Shown piece after piece: positions 61,504 to 64,000 of a stretch of 64,000 nucleotides of DNA. The DNA is taken from contig NC_073381.1 of the NCBI RefSeq assembly GCF_028641065.1, forward strand, positions 56,296,001-56,360,000, written 5' to 3'. The DNA comes from Leucoraja erinacea. Lineage: Eukaryota. The notes under the pieces were generated by a model. That model worked only from the letters and a program-made list of their open reading frames with translations. It had not been told where the DNA came from and searched no databases. Both the position numbers and the translations under genes were made by a program. Position 1 is the first letter of the stretch. Each line of letters starts with the position of its first letter.

Positions 61504-62795
61504 TATATAACTCTGAAACTCTCATCTTGTTATCTGCAGGCTTGCATTGTTTCTCTATTTGCGTAAAAACGGTACACGATACCTCTGCGATTTTTGGCCC
61601 ACCTTACTCACCAATGTCCTGTGCTGTAAATGAAACATGTTTTGTTCAGATCGATGGCATATTAAAAAAATTATTGAGGTTTAAAAAAATAACTAAAAAC
61701 AGTGACCCCACCCACACATGCGCAGTTGGGGGAGTGTTCCCGTGCACGTCTTTACTGGCGTGGCAAAGGGCACCCGACGGGTCCTCAGCCGTGCCTGCGC
61801 AGTTGGACTTTCCAGAATTTTTATCACCAGCTTTTTTTCCACAACGGCGAATCGATGGCTCCACGGGTAAGTTCCCCTCTGTTTTTCATTGCTGCCCCGG
61901 CACCCACTAGCCCTGGGATGGGGTTCCCCGGCTCAATCCCTCCCCTTCACAAGTCCCAGGATGCTCTCCTTCCCCCCCCCCCCCCCCCCAATAGCCCCCG
62001 CCTCAAGCCCTCTCCCGGCCCCAGAATACTCGCCCCCGATAGCCCCTGACAGACCCCACCTCAAGCATTCCCCGGCCACAGGACCCTCTCACACCCCCCC
62101 CCCCCCCCCCAACAGCCCCCGCCTCAAGCCCGCCCCCAGCCCCAGGACGCTCGCACCCCCCCCTGACAGTCCCGACAGCCCCTGCCTCAAGCCCACCCCC
62201 AGCCCCAGGATGCTCTTCCCCCCCGACAGCCTCTGCCTCAAGTACAACTTCATCGGCGTCCTGGGGAGGTGAGGAAGGAGAGTGGGGGAATTGAGGGAGA
62301 GGGGGTAGGGAGGGAGAGGGGGGAAAGTGGGGGAGGTGAGAAGGGAGTGTGGGGGTGGAGGGCGAATAGAGGGAGAGGAGGGGGGAGTGGGGGAGGTAGG
62401 GAGTGTGCAATAGAGGGAAAGGAGAGCAGTGGGGGAGGTGAGGTGGGATAGGGGGATAGGAGGGGGTTAGGGAGTGGATAGATAGGAGGGGGGTAGGTAG
62501 AGGAGTTATGGAGGGAAGGAGGAAGTGACTGAGGGTAGGAGAAAGGAGAGGTGAGGGGGGGATTGGGGAGGGGATGAGGAGTGGGGAAAGAAGAGGGAGG
62601 ATGAAGAGGAGGGGAAGGGAGTGCTGGGGGATATAGGAAAATGAGCCGCCCTGCGCATTTGGGGGCTACGCGTGTGTGGTGGAATATTGCATTGGGGGAA
62701 CAAGTGAGTGGTGGAATATTGCATTGGGGAATGGGTTGCGTTGGAGGACCAGGCCTCCTGTGTGACAGCGACCCAACGGGTCCCACTTAGTCTAG
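61504..62795 (+). mobile_element. Non-autonomous Helitron, unit 4
   Basis: 5' gaaactctcatcttgttatct. C-rich repeats are followed by a GA-rich tract like that of unit 1. Ends GACCCAACGGGTC-CCACTTAGTCTAG|T. Confidence 0.82.
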
Positions 62796-63589
62796 TATGA
62801 GATATAAAACTCTTGCTGATGCTTAATTTGTTTATTCCATTCAATTAAATTCAAAAAAAGGCTTCAATTGTTATAGCATATGAACAGCAAATAACATTTT
62901 CAGAAGTCATTCAGTCCAAAATTTGTTATTACATATTTTTTTTTAATTTCTTCCACACAACAAAATCATACACCCTGCATGTATAAATTGAACCGCTCTA
63001 TAATTCAGGGTCTGGGATAGTCATAGAATTATACGGTATAGAAACATGCTTTTTCAGTTTACTGAGTCTCTGCTGACCATCACACTTATCTATACTAATT
63101 CTACTCTTTTTCATCAATTCATATGGCACTACATCTTGCATAAACAAGTACCTGGTGAATGTTTCATAAATGTTATTACTCGTGCCGTTACCTACTACTC
63201 TGTGGTTCTGATGCCATGTCATAGTCGTACAACATGTTGCAGCATTGTGTGACATTCTGGATGTCACATTTTTGGAAGATGTGAATGAGTTACAGACGTT
63301 GCAGAAATGATTCACAGGGATATTTCCTGGATTGGAGTGCCAGAGACATTAGAGGATTCTGATCATGTGGGAAGATTAATTTATAAAAACTGATAGATTT
63401 GGCCTAGGTGAGAATCTACTTGAAGACTACTACTTTTAGTTTAGTGATCTCTCCCAAATAACTTGTATCTCCCTCTAATCTCTCCTTTCTGTCCATCTCT
63501 AAGTTTTCTCAAATTCCTACCTCCCCTTCCAATTTCTGCTTGAACTTGCCATCATTTCCCCAAATGTCTGTCTTATTCCCAGTAACCCT

Positions 63590-64000
63590 CCAGTGTTTTT
63601 TCAATTGTATAAGACGTTGGTGAGACCGCATTTAGAATTCAGTTCTGGGCACCATGTTATAGGAAAGATATTGTCAAGCTTGAAAGGGTTCAGAGAAGGT
63701 TTACGAGGACGTTGCCAGGACGTTGTAGAGCGTATGACCTACAGGGAGAGGTTGAGTCGGCTGTGTCTCTATTCTTTGGGACGCAGGAGGATGAGGGGTG
63801 ATCTTACAGAGGTGTACATAATCATGAGAGAAATAGATCGGGTAGATGTACAGAATCTCTTGTCCAAAGTAGGGGAATCGAGGACCAGATGTCATAGGTT
63901 CAAGGTGAAGGGGAAAAGTTTTAATAGGATTCTAAGGGGTAAATTTTTCACACAAAGAGTGGTGGGTGTATGGAACAAGCTGCCAGGTGAGATAGTTGAT
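63590..64000 (+). mobile_element. CR1 3' fragment of the same subfamily as 1-697, running off the window
   Basis: ttgtataagacgttggtgaga..., gtcaagcttgaaagggttcag and tatggaacaag match 124-510. Confidence 0.88.

Noticed and set aside
59488-62844. Proline-rich extensin-like and glycine-rich ORFs
   Set aside because: They derive from G/A- and C-rich low-complexity tracts inside non-autonomous Helitrons.

Overview
Eukaryotic, repeat-dense DNA with no prokaryotic features. The repeat complement suggests a cartilaginous fish, probably a skate or ray; that assignment is inference. The repeats are CR1 LINEs with an SGNH-esterase ORF1, HE1/V-SINE-like tRNA SINEs, Rex1/Babar LINEs, Penelope-like elements, and RTE and Tx1 relics. 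The only host-type coding sequence I can recognise is an isolated, intact but divergent histone H4 ORF (886-1197, minus strand). The rest is nested transposons separated by a few repeat-poor islands that may be regulatory. The clearest structures are: a complete but decayed Mag-like Gypsy provirus (51904-56551, 5-bp TSD); a near full-length CR1 (36228-41622) interrupted by a hAT-like element with a 7-bp TSD; a Harbinger-type MITE; a solo LTR inside a four-layer nest; about a dozen Penelope-derived units with minimal hammerhead-ribozyme cores, several in fold-back arrangement; four divergent copies of a non-coding retroposon sharing a covarying stem-loop; and a head-to-tail stack of four non-autonomous Helitrons (59132-62795). 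Boundaries of old repeats are approximate and read by eye.
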